Notes under the pieces: generated by a model
Database searches by the model: none
What the model saw: the letters and a program-made list of their open reading frames with translations, nothing else
What the model was told of the DNA's origin: nothing
Origin: an uncultured Actinomycetota bacterium
GTDB lineage: Bacteria > Actinomycetota > Actinomycetes > CAVWCF01
DNA: 64,000 nucleotides
Direction: 5' to 3'
Assembly: GCA_963697565.1 (NCBI GenBank)
Contig: CAVOOM010000007.1
Span: forward strand, 192,866 to 256,865
In this document: positions 16,684 through 28,038 of the stretch, one piece after another
How positions within the stretch are numbered: the first letter of the stretch is position 1
How the letters are laid out: the number at the start of each line of letters is the position of its first letter
Program-made: the position numbers and the translations under genes

Positions 16684-17611
16684 ATGGGTCGGTACGTGGT
16701 GCGGCGGCTCCTCCAGATGATCCCCGTGCTGCTCGGTGCGACCTTCATCGTCTACTGCGCGGTCTTTGCGCTCCCGGGTGACCCGTTCGCGGGCAAGTGC
16801 GGCGACCGGCCCTGCCCGCCGTCCTACATCGCCGCGAAGACCGCCGAGTTCAACCTGAACGACCCGCTGCTGGTGCAGTACGCGAAGTTCCTGGGCAACC
16901 TGCTTGACCGGGAACCTCGGCAACACCTACACCGGCCAGGCCATCCGCGACCTCATCGTGGTGGCCTACCCCACGACCATGAAGCTCGCCTTCGTCGCGA
17001 TCATGTTCGAGTTGGTCGTCGGCATCGGCCTGGGCATCCTGGCCGGCCTCAAGAAGGGGAAGTTCACCGACAACTTCGTGACCCTCGGCACCCTCATCGT
17101 CATCTCGATCCCGGTCTTCGTGATCGGCTTCGTGATGCAGTACGTGTTCACGATCAAGTTCTCGCTGTTCCCCACGACGGTGTCGGCCGGGGCGCCCTGG
17201 CCCGACCTCATCCTGCCCGGCCTCGTCCTGGCCAGCCTGTCGCTGGCCTACGTCGCCCGATTGACCCGGACCAGCCTGGTGGAGAACGTGCGGTCCGACT
17301 ACGTGCGCACCGCGACGGCCAAGGGCCTGCCGCGTCGCAGCATCATCGGCAAGCATGCATTGCGGAACTCGCTGATCCCCGTGGTGACCTTCATCGGGGC
17401 CGACTTCGGGGCCCTGCTCGGCGGCGCGATCGTGACCGAGGGCATCTTCAACATCAACGGGATCGGCGGGCTGACCTTCCGCTCGATCCGCGCCCGCGAG
17501 GGGGCAACCACGACCACGATCGTCACCTTGCTGGTCTTGGTGTTCCTGATCGTCAACCTGCTCGTCGACCTCTTGTACGCCTACCTCGACCCGAGGATCC
17601 GCTATGAGTGA
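16684..17611 (+). pseudogene. ABC transporter permease (DppB/OppB-like); one +1 frame break near 16905
   Basis: MGRYVVRRLLQMIPVLLGATFIVY...LVQYAKFLGNLL (ORF 16579..17607) continues as GNLGNTYTGQAIRDLI...ATAKGLPRR...LLYAYLDPRIRYE (ORF 16904..17611). Confidence 0.85.
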
Positions 17612-18604
17612 TCCGTCCGCCAGCGCAGCCATGGGGCGCACGTACGAGTCCGCCAGCGAGGTCGGGCAGCTCAAGGGCCCCTTCGACCAGAGCCCCGAGG
17701 TAGAGCCGTCCGATCCCTACCTCGACCCCAGCGGCAAGAAGGAGAAGCCGCGGTCCCTGCGCCGCGACGCCTTCGAGGAGCTGCGCGGCAACCCGATCTT
17801 CTGGATCTCGGTCGTGCTGATGGCCGTCTTCGTCACGATGGCGATCTTCCCCGGGCTGTTCACGGCCAAGGACCCGACACTGACCAACCTCGAGTTGAGC
17901 CGACAGCCACCGGAGTCGGGGGCCTGGTTCGGCTACGACGTGCAGGGCCGAGACGTCTACGCACGGGCGGTCTACGGCGCGCGCGCCTCGATCATGGTCG
18001 GCATCGCCACCACGGCCTTCTCACTGGTCCTGGGGGTGCTGGCCGGGGTCCTGGCGGGCTTCTACGGCGGCAAGATCGACACGGTCATCTCGCGCGTCGT
18101 CGACATCTTCTTCGCGATCCCGCTGCTGCTGGGCGGGATCCTGTTCCTCACCTCGTTCCCCCCAGGGCAGTCCCAGACCCAGCAGGTCCTGGTGGTGGCG
18201 ACCTCGATCGCCGTCCTGGGCTGGACGCTGATGGCGCGCATCATGCGCTCGACGGTGATCCAGACCAAGCAGTCTGACTACGTGCAGGCAGCCAAGGCGC
18301 TGGGGGCCAAGCCCAACCGGATCATCCGCAAGCACGTCATGCCCAACGCGGTCGGGCCGGTGATCGTCGTCGCGACGATCTCGCTCGGCGGCTTCATCGG
18401 GGCCGAGGCCACGCTGTCCTTCCTGGGCTTGGCCTGCAGCCGCCGGCGATCAGCTGGGGGATCCAGATCGCCGACGCCCAGCAGTACTTCCGGGCAGCCC
18501 CGCACATGCTGCTCTTCCCGGCGGCCTTCCTGTCGTTGACCGTGCTGGCCTTCATCATGTTCGGCGACGCCGTCCGCGACGCCTTCGACCCCAAGCTCCG
18601 CTGA
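17604..18604 (+). pseudogene. ABC transporter permease (DppC/OppC-like); one -1 frame break near 18428
   Basis: ORF 17604..18539 reads correctly to EATLSFLGL. After a missing base it reads GLQPPAISWGIQIADAQQYF...FGDAVRDAFDPKLR, with stop at 18602-18604. Confidence 0.85.
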
Positions 18605-18621
18605 CCCGGCGAGGAACCGCA

Positions 18622-19653
18622 GTGACCCTCTTGGATATCGAACCGGGCGAGGCCGACGCCGCGCCCGGGCCGCTGCTGCTCGACGTGCAGGATCTGCAGG
18701 TCGAGTTCCACACCCGCGAGGGAGTGGCGCGGGCGGTCAACGGCGTGAGCTACACCCTCGCGGAGGGCGAGACGCTGGCCGTGCTGGGCGAGTCCGGCTC
18801 CGGGAAGTCGGTGACCGCCCAGGCCATCATGGGCATCGTCGACAGCCCGCCGGGCAAGGTGTCGGGCGGCAAGGTGATCTTCCGCGGGACCGATCTGCTG
18901 ACCCTGCCGGAGAAGGAGCGGCGCACCTACCGCGGCGAGAAGATCGCGATGATCTTCCAGGACGCGCTTTCCTCGCTCAACCCGGTCTTCACCGTGGGCG
19001 ACCAGATCGGCGAGATGTTCCGGGTGCACCGCGGGATGAGCAAGAAGGACGCCAAGAAGAAGGCCATCGAGCTGATGGAGCTGGTGAACATCCCGGCCGC
19101 CAAGGAGCGGGTCAACGCCTACCCGCACCAGTTCTCCGGCGGCATGCGCCAGCGCATCATGATCGCGATGTCCATCGCCCTCGACCCCGACGTCCTGATC
19201 GCCGACGAGCCCACCACGGCCCTCGACGTGACCGTGCAGGCCCAGATCATGGAGTTGCTCAAGGACCTCCAGCGTGAGCTCAACATGGGGCTGATCCTGA
19301 TCACCCACGACCTCGGAGTCGTGGCCGACGTCGCCGACAAGATCGCGGTGATGTACGCCGGGCGGATCGTCGAGCGGGCCCCGGTGAGCGAGATCTACGC
19401 CCGCCCGCGGCACCCGTACACCGAGGGCCTGATCGCCTCGATCCCGTCGATCGACAGCAAGGGCGAGACGCTGTACGCGATCAAGGGGCTGCCGCCCAAC
19501 CTCACCAAGATCCCCCCGGGCTGCGCCTTCAACCCGCGGTGCCCGTACGCCCAGGACGTCTGCCGCACCGACGTCCCCGAGGAGCATGTCGTGGCCGAGG
19601 GCCACGCCAGCGCCTGCCACTTCTGGGAGGTGGTCCGCGATGGCTCCAACTGA
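18622..19653 (+). CDS. ABC transporter ATP-binding protein (DppD/OppD-like)
   Basis: Intact 343 aa; Walker A GESGSGKS, signature FSGGMRQR, Walker [12 protein letters not shown], and a C-terminal oligopeptide-type Cys motif [14 protein letters not shown]. Confidence 0.9.
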   Translation: MTLLDIEPGEADAAPGPLLLDVQDLQVEFHTREGVARAVNGVSYTLAEGETLAVLGESGSGKSVTAQAIMGIVDSPPGKVSGGKVIFRGTDLLTLPEKERRTYRGEKIAMIFQDALSSLNPVFTVGDQIGEMFRVHRGMSKKDAKKKAIELMELVNIPAAKERVNAYPHQFSGGMRQRIMIAMSIALDPDVLIADEPTTALDVTVQAQIMELLKDLQRELNMGLILITHDLGVVADVADKIAVMYAGRIVERAPVSEIYARPRHPYTEGLIASIPSIDSKGETLYAIKGLPPNLTKIPPGCAFNPRCPYAQDVCRTDVPEEHVVAEGHASACHFWEVVRDGSN

Positions 19654-20662
19654 CGAGGTCGTGCTCGAGGTCAACGACCTCACCAAGTACTTCCCGCTCA
19701 CGCAGGGGATCGTCTTCAAGAAGAAGATCGGCGACGTCAAGGCCGTCGACGGCGTGTCCTTCACCCTCCGCAAGGGCGAGACGCTGGGCATCGTCGGCGA
19801 GTCAGGCTGCGGCAAGTCCACCCTCGGCCGGCTCATCATGGCTTTGGAGACGCCGACCGCGGGGGAGGTCAAGTACCGCGGCCAGGACATCTTCGCGCTC
19901 AAGGGCAAGCCGTTCCAGGCGATGCGGCGGCACATCCAGATCGTGATGCAGGACCCGTACTCCTCGCTGAACCCGCGGATGACGGTCGGCGACCTCGTGG
20001 GTGAGCCCTACGAGATCCACCCCGAGGTGGCGCCCAAGGGCGACCGCCGCAAGATGGTCCAGGACCTGCTCGAGGTGGTCGGGCTCAACCCCGAGCACAT
20101 CAACCGCTACCCCCACCAGTTCTCCGGCGGTCAGCGGCAGCGCATCGGGATCGCCCGCGGGCTGGCGCTCAAGCCCGAGATCATCGTCTGCGACGAGCCG
20201 GTCTCGGCCTTGGACGTCTCGGTCCAGGCGCAGGTGATGAACCTGCTCGACTCCCTGCAGGACGAGTTCGGCCTGGCCTACCTCTTCATCGCCCACGACC
20301 TGTCGGTGGTCCGCCATATCTCCGACCGCGTCGGCGTGATGTACCTCGGCAAGCTGGTCGAGTACGGCGACGAGGAGCAGATCTACGAGCGGCCCGTGCA
20401 CCCGTACACCCAGGCGCTGCTTTCCGCCGTGCCGGTGCCGAACCCGGAGGGCCGCGAGGGACGCCACCGGATCGTCCTGCAGGGCGATGTGCCCAGCCCG
20501 GCCAACCCGCCCACCGGGTGCCGCTTCCACACCCGGTGCTGGAAGGTCCAGGACATCTGCAAGACCGACGAGCCCGCCCTCGTCGAGCGTCCCGGCACCC
20601 ACCATCCGAGCGCCTGCCACTTCGCCGAGACGACGCAGACGGTCGAGTCGCCCGGCGCGTGA
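19640..20662 (+). CDS. ABC transporter ATP-binding protein (DppF/OppF-like)
   Basis: ATG 19640 ([18 protein letters not shown]) in ORF 19586..20662; [35 protein letters not shown]. Confidence 0.9.
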   Translation: MAPTDEVVLEVNDLTKYFPLTQGIVFKKKIGDVKAVDGVSFTLRKGETLGIVGESGCGKSTLGRLIMALETPTAGEVKYRGQDIFALKGKPFQAMRRHIQIVMQDPYSSLNPRMTVGDLVGEPYEIHPEVAPKGDRRKMVQDLLEVVGLNPEHINRYPHQFSGGQRQRIGIARGLALKPEIIVCDEPVSALDVSVQAQVMNLLDSLQDEFGLAYLFIAHDLSVVRHISDRVGVMYLGKLVEYGDEEQIYERPVHPYTQALLSAVPVPNPEGREGRHRIVLQGDVPSPANPPTGCRFHTRCWKVQDICKTDEPALVERPGTHHPSACHFAETTQTVESPGA

Positions 20663-20694
20663 GCGGCGGGACGCCAAGAAGGGCACGGGGAACG

Positions 20695-22434
20695 GTGGCA
20701 GGCACGACTCCGCGGATCTCGGCGGCCTTGGCGGTCGCGGCCGCGCTGGTGCTGGCCGGGTGCACGGGCGGTGACAGCGCGCCCGTCGACCCGATCAGCG
20801 GCAAGGCCGGCGGCACCCTCACGCTCCTGGCGGTCGACCCGATCGACCGCCTCGACCCCCAACGGGTCGTGGCCCTGCCGTCGGTCAACGTCGTCACCCG
20901 CTTGCTGACGCGCACGCTGACCACGTACGCCGCGGAGCCGACCCCGGGCGGCACCCGGGTCGTCGCGGACCTCGCGACCGACACCGGCAAGCCCAATGCC
21001 GACTTCACCGAGTGGACGTGGACCCTCAAGGAGGGCGTCACCTGGCAGGACGGCGCCCCTGTGACGTGCGAGGACGTGCGGTACGGCGTGTCCGGGCCTT
21101 CGCCACCGACGTGGTGATCCGGACCCGGTGACGCCGTGGAGTACCTGGCCGTGGCCCGCGACGCCGAGGGCGCCCCGCGCTACCTGGGCCCCTACGTAAC
21201 CAAGGGCAACGACCTGGCCGCCTTCGACCGCGCGGTGTCCTGCGAGGGGTCGGCCATCACTTTCCGGCTGAGCCAGCCGGTCCCGGACTTCGACGCGGTG
21301 GTGGCGCGGCCGGCGTTCGCGCCGGTGCCGAAGGCGGTGGACCAGGACCCCGACACCGGGGGCGCCAACTACGACGCCCACGTGGTGGCCACCGGGCCGT
21401 ACCGGCTCGCCGCGTACGACCCCGCCAGCGGACTCACCCTTGAGCGCAATGACGCGTGGGACCGCGACACCGACCAGGTCCGTCGCGCCTACCCGGACCG
21501 CGTGGTCGTGGTGTCCGGCCTCGACCCGGCCGAGATCACGACCCGGCTGCTCGCCGACGCGCCCGCCGACCAGGCCTCGATCATGGCCAACTCCTCGCTG
21601 GGCGCCGAGGCCCTCTCGGTCGCCCAGGACACCAAGTCCGTGACGCCGAGGTTGGTGAGCGCGCCCACCGGCCAGGTGCGCTACCTGGCCATCAACACGA
21701 CGAAGGTCTCCGACGAGAAGGTCCGGGCGGCGATCGTCACGGCCGTCAACCGCGAGGCGTGGCGCGCGGTGTATGGAGGCGAGGCGCTGGGCCCGTACGC
21801 TGACGGGGCCGTGCCGCCGTCGATTCCGGGCGGCGGGGGAGTCGAGGCCTTCGCCGACATCCCGCCGCAGGGGGACGCCGAGGCGGCCAAGGTCCTGCTC
21901 GCCGAGGCCGGGGCGACGAATGTCTCGCTCACCCTCGACTACCCGGCCTCCCCGCAGGGCGATCAGGCCGCCGAGGCGATCAAGGCGGCCCTCGCCGAGG
22001 CGCGGATCGCGGTCACGCCGCGCCCGATCAGCGGGCCGTACTACCCGGCGGTGGGGATCGCCGCCGACCAGGGAGCTCTCACGCTCGCCGGCTGGACCCC
22101 GGATTGGGCCTCGGCCAGCGCCATCCTGCCGCCGCTGTTCGCGCCGGCGCAGATCCAGCCGGTGGGCAACCGGGTGCTCTCGCAGTTCGCCGACCCCGAG
22201 TTGCAGGGGCTCATCGACGCCGCCTGGGCCGCGCCCGAGGGCGACGCGCAGGCCTCCGCCTGGGCCACCGTCAACTCGTACGTGGTGGAACGGGCGCTGC
22301 TGGTGCCGCTGGTCTTCGACACGACCCGCCAGCTGATCGGCTCCCGGGTCGCCAACGCCTTCGCCCATCCCTTCTACGGCCAGGCCGACCTCGCCGTGCT
22401 GGCGGTGCGCCCGGCGACCTCGAAGTCACCGTGA
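20695..22434 (+). pseudogene. Second ABC substrate-binding lipoprotein (family 5); two compensating frame breaks near 21092 and 21125
   Basis: Lipobox AAALVLAGCTGG. The N-terminal part is in ORF 20518..21117. About 30 nt read as SRAFATDVV in another frame. The rest is in ORF 21136..22434 (same frame as the start). Confidence 0.8.
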
Positions 22435-22507
22435 TCGTCCAGCGTGCGGGGGCGTATGATCCTGCGGGGCGCCGGGGGCGGCGCGCCGCCGACGAGAGGA
22501 CCCTTGC

Positions 22508-22741
22508 GTGACCATCGCGACCGCGATCCTGGCCGGGCTGCTCGCCATCACCAGCCTGCTGCTGATCGCCCTGGTTCTCCTGCACAAGGGCAAGGGCGGC
22601 GGGCTCTCCGACATGTTCGGCGGCGGCATCTCGACCAGCTACGGCGGCTCGGCCGCCGCTGAGCGCAACCTGGACCGCATCACGATCGCCCTGGGCGTTG
22701 TCTGGATCGCCTGCGTCGTGGCGCTCGGCATCATCCTCTAG
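22508..22741 (+). CDS. secG: Preprotein translocase subunit SecG
   Basis: 77 aa, two TM segments flanking LHKGKGGGLSDMFGGG, typical of SecG. Confidence 0.9.
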   Translation: MTIATAILAGLLAITSLLLIALVLLHKGKGGGLSDMFGGGISTSYGGSAAAERNLDRITIALGVVWIACVVALGIIL

Positions 22742-22803
22742 ACGCCCGACCCCTGAGCCGCCCTGCGGCCGCACCCCCCGTCCAACGAGTTCGAGGAGCA
22801 CCT

Positions 22804-23136
22804 GTGGCCAGTGGCAGCGCAATCAAGGGCAGCCGGGTCGGCGCCGGCCCGATGGGCGAGGCCGAGCGCGGCGACTCCGCGCCGCGCCACCGGGTGTCGT
22901 TCTGGTGCGCCAAGGGCCACGAGTCCCGGCCGTCGTTCTCCGATGAGGCCGCGATCCCGGAGACGTGGGACTGCCCGCGCTGCGGGCTGCCGGCCGGCCG
23001 CGACCGCGAGAACCCCCCGTCGCCGCCCAAGAACGAGCCCTACAAGACGCACCTGGCCTACGTGAAGGAGCGCCGCAACGACACCGACGGCGCCGCGATC
23101 CTCGACGAGGCGCTCAGCAAGCTGCGCGGCGCCTGA
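22804..23136 (+). CDS. rbpA: RNA polymerase-binding protein RbpA
   Basis: 110 aa; GSRVGAG...APRHRVSFWCAKGHE...IPETWDCPRCG...YKTHLAYVKERR matches the actinobacterial RbpA architecture (Cys/His zinc-ribbon-like core plus basic linker and sigma-interacting helix). Confidence 0.85.
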   Translation: MASGSAIKGSRVGAGPMGEAERGDSAPRHRVSFWCAKGHESRPSFSDEAAIPETWDCPRCGLPAGRDRENPPSPPKNEPYKTHLAYVKERRNDTDGAAILDEALSKLRGA

Positions 23137-23159
23137 CCGACGTACCCGCGGGCCGCGCG

Positions 23160-23936
23160 TCAGGAGCTGGCCCGTCGGTCCAATCCCTTCGGCAGCCGGG
23201 CGGCGGCCGCCTGGTCGAGCAGCATCAGCGTGCGGGAGCGGCCGCGGGCCCCGGCCGCCGGGATCTGGTAGGCCCCAGCCTCTGACAGCGCCAGCACGGC
23301 CGCGCGGGCCTTGCCCTCTCCGGAGGCCAGCAGCCACACCTCGCGGGCCTGGCCCAGCGCGCGCAGGGTCAGGGTGATCCGGGTCGGCGGCGGCTTGGGC
23401 GCGCCGCGGACCGCTACGGCCGTCCGCTCGTCGTGCAGGGCGGGGGACTCCGGGAAGACCGACGCGACGTGGCCGTCCTCGCCGAGCCCAAGCAGGACGA
23501 CGTCGAAGGCCGGCACCCCCACCCGGTCCTGCGGCTGAGCCGCCCGGCGAAGGAGGTCTGCGTACGCCGCCGCGGCGTCCTCGGCGCTGGCGTATCCCGC
23601 GTCGGAGGCCGGGATCGGGTGGACCCGGGACCGTTCCACCCCCACCACGTCCAGCAGCGCGGCCCTCGCCTGGGTCTCATTGCGCTGCGGGTCGCCAGCG
23701 GGGAGATACCGCTCATCGCCCCACCAGACCTCGACGCGCGCCCAGTCGACCGCATCGCGCGCAGGGGACGCGGCGATCTCGGCCAGCAGCGCGCCACCGC
23801 TGCGGCCGCCGGTGAGAACGAGATGGGGGACCGCCCCGCCCGACTGCGCGTCGACCAGCCGGGTGACGAGCCGGGCGGCGGCCGCCCGCGCAAGCAGCGT
23901 CGCGTCGCGGTGGACGAAGACCTCGGGGGGCTTCAC
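23160..23936 (-). CDS. pgl: 6-phosphogluconolactonase
   Basis: Intact 258 aa; LTGGRSG, WWGDERY, LLGLGEDGHVAS motifs; 4-nt overlap with opcA. Confidence 0.9.
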   Translation of the reverse strand: MKPPEVFVHRDATLLARAAAARLVTRLVDAQSGGAVPHLVLTGGRSGGALLAEIAASPARDAVDWARVEVWWGDERYLPAGDPQRNETQARAALLDVVGVERSRVHPIPASDAGYASAEDAAAAYADLLRRAAQPQDRVGVPAFDVVLLGLGEDGHVASVFPESPALHDERTAVAVRGAPKPPPTRITLTLRALGQAREVWLLASGEGKARAAVLALSEAGAYQIPAAGARGRSRTLMLLDQAAAARLPKGLDRRASS

Positions 23937-24847
23937 TGGGTGCTCCTCTCGGAGGCGGCCGACAGCAGCACGTCGCCGTACACCTCATCGGGGTCGAGCC
24001 GTCGCATCTCCTCGGCGATGATCTCGGCGGTCTCGCGGGCGCGCAGGGCCGCCTGCCGATCGGGCTGCCCGGGTCGGCTGATGGTGGCCACCCGGCCGTC
24101 GGGGCGCAGCACGGTGATCGGGCCGTCGGCGGTGGTGAAGCGCACCCCGGTGATCCCGGGCCCGGCGGAGTCGACGCGGGCGATCGGCGCCCCGAGGCTG
24201 CGCTGCAGCCAGCGCGCCAGCAGCTCGGCGCTCGGGCTGCCGGGCTGGCACTCGACCGAGCCCGCGGAGACCTCGCCGGTCGGCTGGTCGAACATGGCCG
24301 CGATCAGCGTGCGCCAGGCCGTCACCCGGGTCCAGGCCAGGTCGCTGTCGCCGGGCTCGTACCCGGCCTGGCGCTGCTCCAGCTCAGCGGCCGGATCGGC
24401 GCCAGCCGCCGCGTCGGTGACCCGGCGGCGGGCCAGCCGCCCGATCGGGTCGCGGGAGGGCACCGGGGGCGGCTCGCCGGGCCACCACACCACGACGGGC
24501 GCGTCCGGGAGCAGCAGCGGCAGGACCACGGACTCCGCGTGCGCGGCGAGCTCGCCGTGCATGCGCATGACCACGGTCTCGCCGGGGCCGGAGTCGCCGA
24601 GGAAGCGCACCTCGGCGTCCAGCCGAGGGGCGCCGTCGCCTCCCCGCAGGATCGCGACGAGGATCCGGCAGGGGTGCTCGCGGGCGGCCTCGAGCGCGGC
24701 GCGCTGGGCGTCGTAGTGCGTGCTCTCGTCGGCCACGATGACGAAGGTCAGCACCATGCCGACGGCCGGGACCCCCGCGGTGTGCCGGGCCGACACCAGG
24801 GCGGCGGCGATCTGGCCGGCGTTGGTGTCCGGCAGGTCGGTGATCAT
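23933..24847 (-). CDS. opcA: Glucose-6-phosphate dehydrogenase assembly protein OpcA
   Basis: Intact 304 aa; position between zwf and pgl; OpcA-like sequence (PCRILVAI..., DLAWTRVTAWR). Confidence 0.9.
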   Translation of the reverse strand: MITDLPDTNAGQIAAALVSARHTAGVPAVGMVLTFVIVADESTHYDAQRAALEAAREHPCRILVAILRGGDGAPRLDAEVRFLGDSGPGETVVMRMHGELAAHAESVVLPLLLPDAPVVVWWPGEPPPVPSRDPIGRLARRRVTDAAAGADPAAELEQRQAGYEPGDSDLAWTRVTAWRTLIAAMFDQPTGEVSAGSVECQPGSPSAELLARWLQRSLGAPIARVDSAGPGITGVRFTTADGPITVLRPDGRVATISRPGQPDRQAALRARETAEIIAEEMRRLDPDEVYGDVLLSAASERSTQ

Positions 24848-24869
24848 GGCGACCTCCGGTGCGCAGTGG

Positions 24870-26410
24870 TCATGGCCGCCTCCAGGCGCGTCCGTCGCGG
24901 GCGAGCATCGCGTCGGCGCTCGCCGGGCCCCAGGTGCCGGCCGGGTACGCGTCGGGCGCGCCGTGCCCGGCCCAGTACTCCTCCACCGGGTCGAGGATCC
25001 GCCAGGACTGCTCGACCTCCTCGTGCCGCGGGAAGAGCGGCGCCTCGCCGATGAGCACGTCGAGGATGAGCCGCTCGTACGCCTCCGGGCTCGAGACCGT
25101 GAACGACTCCCCGTACGCGAAGTCCATCGTGACGTCGCGCACCTCCATGTGGGTGCCCGGCACCTTCGAGCCGAATCGGAGCGCGAGGCCCTCGTCGGGC
25201 TGGACCCGGATGACCAACGCGTTCTGCCCGAGCTCCTCGGTGGCGGTGGACTCGAACGGCAGGTGCGGCGCGCGCTTGAAGACGACGGCGACCTCGGTCA
25301 CCCGGCGGCCCAGCCGCTTGCCCGTGCGCAGGTAGAACGGCACCCCCGCCCAGCGGCGGGTGTCGATCTCCAGGCGAAGCGCTGCGTATGTCTCGGTGCG
25401 CGAGTCGGCCGGGATGGCGTCCTCCTCGAGGTAGCCGGGGACCTGGACCCCGCCCTGCCAGCCGGCGGCGTACTGCCCGCGGGCGGTGGCGGTGGAGAGG
25501 TCCGACGGGAGCCGGACGGCGGAGAGCACCTTCTCCTTCTCCAGGCGCACGGCGGTCGCACCGAACGACACCGGCTCCTCCATCGCGGTGAGGGCGAGCA
25601 GCTGGAGCAGGTGGTTCTGGATGACGTCGCGGGCGGCGCCGATGCCGTCGTAGTAGCCCGCGCGGCCGCCGATCCCGACGTCCTCGGCCATCGTGATCTG
25701 CACGTGGTCGACGTAGTTGGAGTTCCAGATCGGCTCGAACAGCTCGTTGGCGAAGCGCAGGGCGAGGATGTTCTGGACGGTCTCCTTGCCCAGGTAGTGG
25801 TCGATCCGGAAGACCGAGCCGGAGTCGAAGACCTCTCCGACGGTGCGGTTGAGCGCCTCGGCGGAGGCCAGGTCGCGGCCGAACGGCTTCTCGATGACGA
25901 CCCGCCGCCACGCCTCCGGCCGCGACTCGGCCAGCCCGTGCTTCTTGAGCTGGCCGATCACATCGGGGAAGAACTTCGGCGGCACCGACAGGTAGAACGC
26001 GTGGTTGCCGCCGGTGCCTCGCGAGGCGTCGAGCTCCTCGATGGTGCGGCGCAGGGTGGCGAAGGCCTCGTCGTCGGAGAAGTCGCCCGGGTACGAAGCG
26101 CAGCCCCTCGCACAGCTGCGTCCCAGACGTCCTCGCGGAACTCGGTGCGCGCGTGCTCGCGGACCGAGTCGTGGACCACCTGCATGAAGTCCTGGTCGAC
26201 CCAGTCCCGGCGGGCGAACCCGGTCAGCGCGAAGCTCGGCGGAAGCAGCCCGCGGTTGGCCAGGTCGTACACCGCGGGCATGAGCTTCTTGCGCGAGAGG
26301 TCTCCGGTGACCCCGAAGATGACCAGCCCGCACGGCCCGGCGACCCGCGGCAGCCGCAGGTCGCGGGGGTCGCGCAGCGGGTTGGGCCGGGCCCCGGCCG
26401 GGTCGGTCAC
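24870..26410 (-). pseudogene. zwf: Glucose-6-phosphate dehydrogenase; one frame break near 26120
   Basis: The N-terminus [17 protein letters not shown]...LVIFGVTGDLSRKKLMPAVY is in the frame of ORF 25958..28105-. From PGDFSDDEAF...RIDHYLGKE...EKPFG onward it is in ORF 24870..26597-. GTG at 26410 overlaps the pgi stop. Confidence 0.93.
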
Positions 26411-28038
26411 GGCGCCTGCGGCCCGACGCGGGTGAGGGCCTCGGCGAGCGCGGCCAGCCCGGCCGCGCGGTCGCGGAGGTGCAGGTGCAGCACGGGCCGA
26501 CCCCGGCCGGCCAGCGCCTCGCGGTCGCCGGCCGCCTGCGCGGCGCACAGCGTCGCGAAGGTCCACGGCCGTCCCGGCACCTCGAGGTCCTCGGCAACGG
26601 CGCCGGTGATCTGCAGGAAGGCCCCGGTCTGCGGCCCGCCCTTGTGGTACTGCCCGGTCGAGTGCAGGAAGCGCGGGCCCCAGCCGAAGGTGACCGGGCG
26701 CCCGGACAGCGCCGCCAGGCCGTCGCGCAGGTCGGCGGCGGCCGTCTCGGCGTGGCGGTCCAGGTAGGCCATCACCGCGAGGTAGCCGCCCTCGGGCACC
26801 GCCGCCGCGAGCGACCGCAGGGCGTCGTCGAGCGAGGGCCCGGTGAGGGCCAGCCCGCCCGCGGCGCGGATCTCGATCGGGCCGTCCACGGCGGCGCCGG
26901 CCTCCGCTGGGAGGGCCCCCTCGCCTTCCCAGCGTTGCAGGAGCCGGCCGGTGAGGTCCTTGGACTCCTGGACGTTCGGCTGGTTGAACGGGTCGATGTG
27001 CAGCAGCCGGCTGACGACCGCCGTGGCGTGCTCCCATACCCAGAAGAGCCCCCCAAGCGGGCCGTCCGTCCAGGCGTCGGCGCCGGAGCCTGCCCCGGCC
27101 CCGATCGCGACTCGGACCACGTCGGCCGCCGGGGAGCGCCACTCGGGCGCCTGCGTCGACGACACCACCACGGGGAGCAGGCCGACCCCGTCCTTGCCCG
27201 TGGACTCGGCCACCAGCTGCTCGGCCCAGTCGCCGAACCCCGGGTGCGTCGCCGGGTCGGCCCACACGACCAGCTTGTCGCGGCCGTCCGCCACGGCGGC
27301 GGTGAGGACGGCGCCCAGCGCCGCGCCCGCGGACTCGCCGGCGTCCTCCGCGGCCTGCGCGCGCGCGGCGGAGGCCAGCAGAGCGGCCGGGTCGACCCCG
27401 GCGAGCGCGGTGGGGGTGAGGCCGAAGGCGGTGAGCGCGCTGTAGCGGCCGCCGACGTTCGGGTCGGCGAGCACCGTCGTGATGCCCGCCTCGGCGGCCA
27501 GGCCGGCGAAGGGCGAGCCGGGGTCGGTCACGACCACCATCTGCTCGGCGGGGGACAGCCCGGCGGCATCGAAGGCCCCGGCGATCGCCCGGCGGTGGCT
27601 GTCGGTCTCGATGGTGCCGCCGCTCTTGCTGCTCACCACCGCCACCGTGCGGGACAGGTCGCCCGACAGGGCGGCCCGGACCTGGCTGGGATCGGTGCTG
27701 TCCAGGGTGACCAGCTCGGCGCCGTCCACCGCGGCGATCACCTCGGGGGCCAGCGAGGACCCGCCCATGCCGGCCAGCACCACGCGGTCGAGGCCCCGCG
27801 CGCGGCAGGTGGCGAGCAGCTCGGCCAGCTCTGGCAGGGTGGCCCGCGAGCGCTCGGGGGCGTCCAGCCAGCCGAGCCGGATCGTGGCCTCGGCCTGCGC
27901 GGCGGGCCCCCAGGCGGAGGGATCCCGGGCGGCCAGCGCGGCCAGGATCCCCGACTCGCGGACGGATGCCCGCGCGGAGTCCACCCGCCCCTGCCAATCG
28001 GGGGAGACCCCGACCACGACCCCGGTCATGCCACTCAT
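26407..28038 (-). CDS. pgi: Glucose-6-phosphate isomerase
   Basis: Intact 543 aa; [34 protein letters not shown]. 4-nt overlaps with tal upstream and zwf downstream. Confidence 0.9.
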   Translation of the reverse strand: MSGMTGVVVGVSPDWQGRVDSARASVRESGILAALAARDPSAWGPAAQAEATIRLGWLDAPERSRATLPELAELLATCRARGLDRVVLAGMGGSSLAPEVIAAVDGAELVTLDSTDPSQVRAALSGDLSRTVAVVSSKSGGTIETDSHRRAIAGAFDAAGLSPAEQMVVVTDPGSPFAGLAAEAGITTVLADPNVGGRYSALTAFGLTPTALAGVDPAALLASAARAQAAEDAGESAGAALGAVLTAAVADGRDKLVVWADPATHPGFGDWAEQLVAESTGKDGVGLLPVVVSSTQAPEWRSPAADVVRVAIGAGAGSGADAWTDGPLGGLFWVWEHATAVVSRLLHIDPFNQPNVQESKDLTGRLLQRWEGEGALPAEAGAAVDGPIEIRAAGGLALTGPSLDDALRSLAAAVPEGGYLAVMAYLDRHAETAAADLRDGLAALSGRPVTFGWGPRFLHSTGQYHKGGPQTGAFLQITGAVAEDLEVPGRPWTFATLCAAQAAGDREALAGRGRPVLHLHLRDRAAGLAALAEALTRVGPQAP

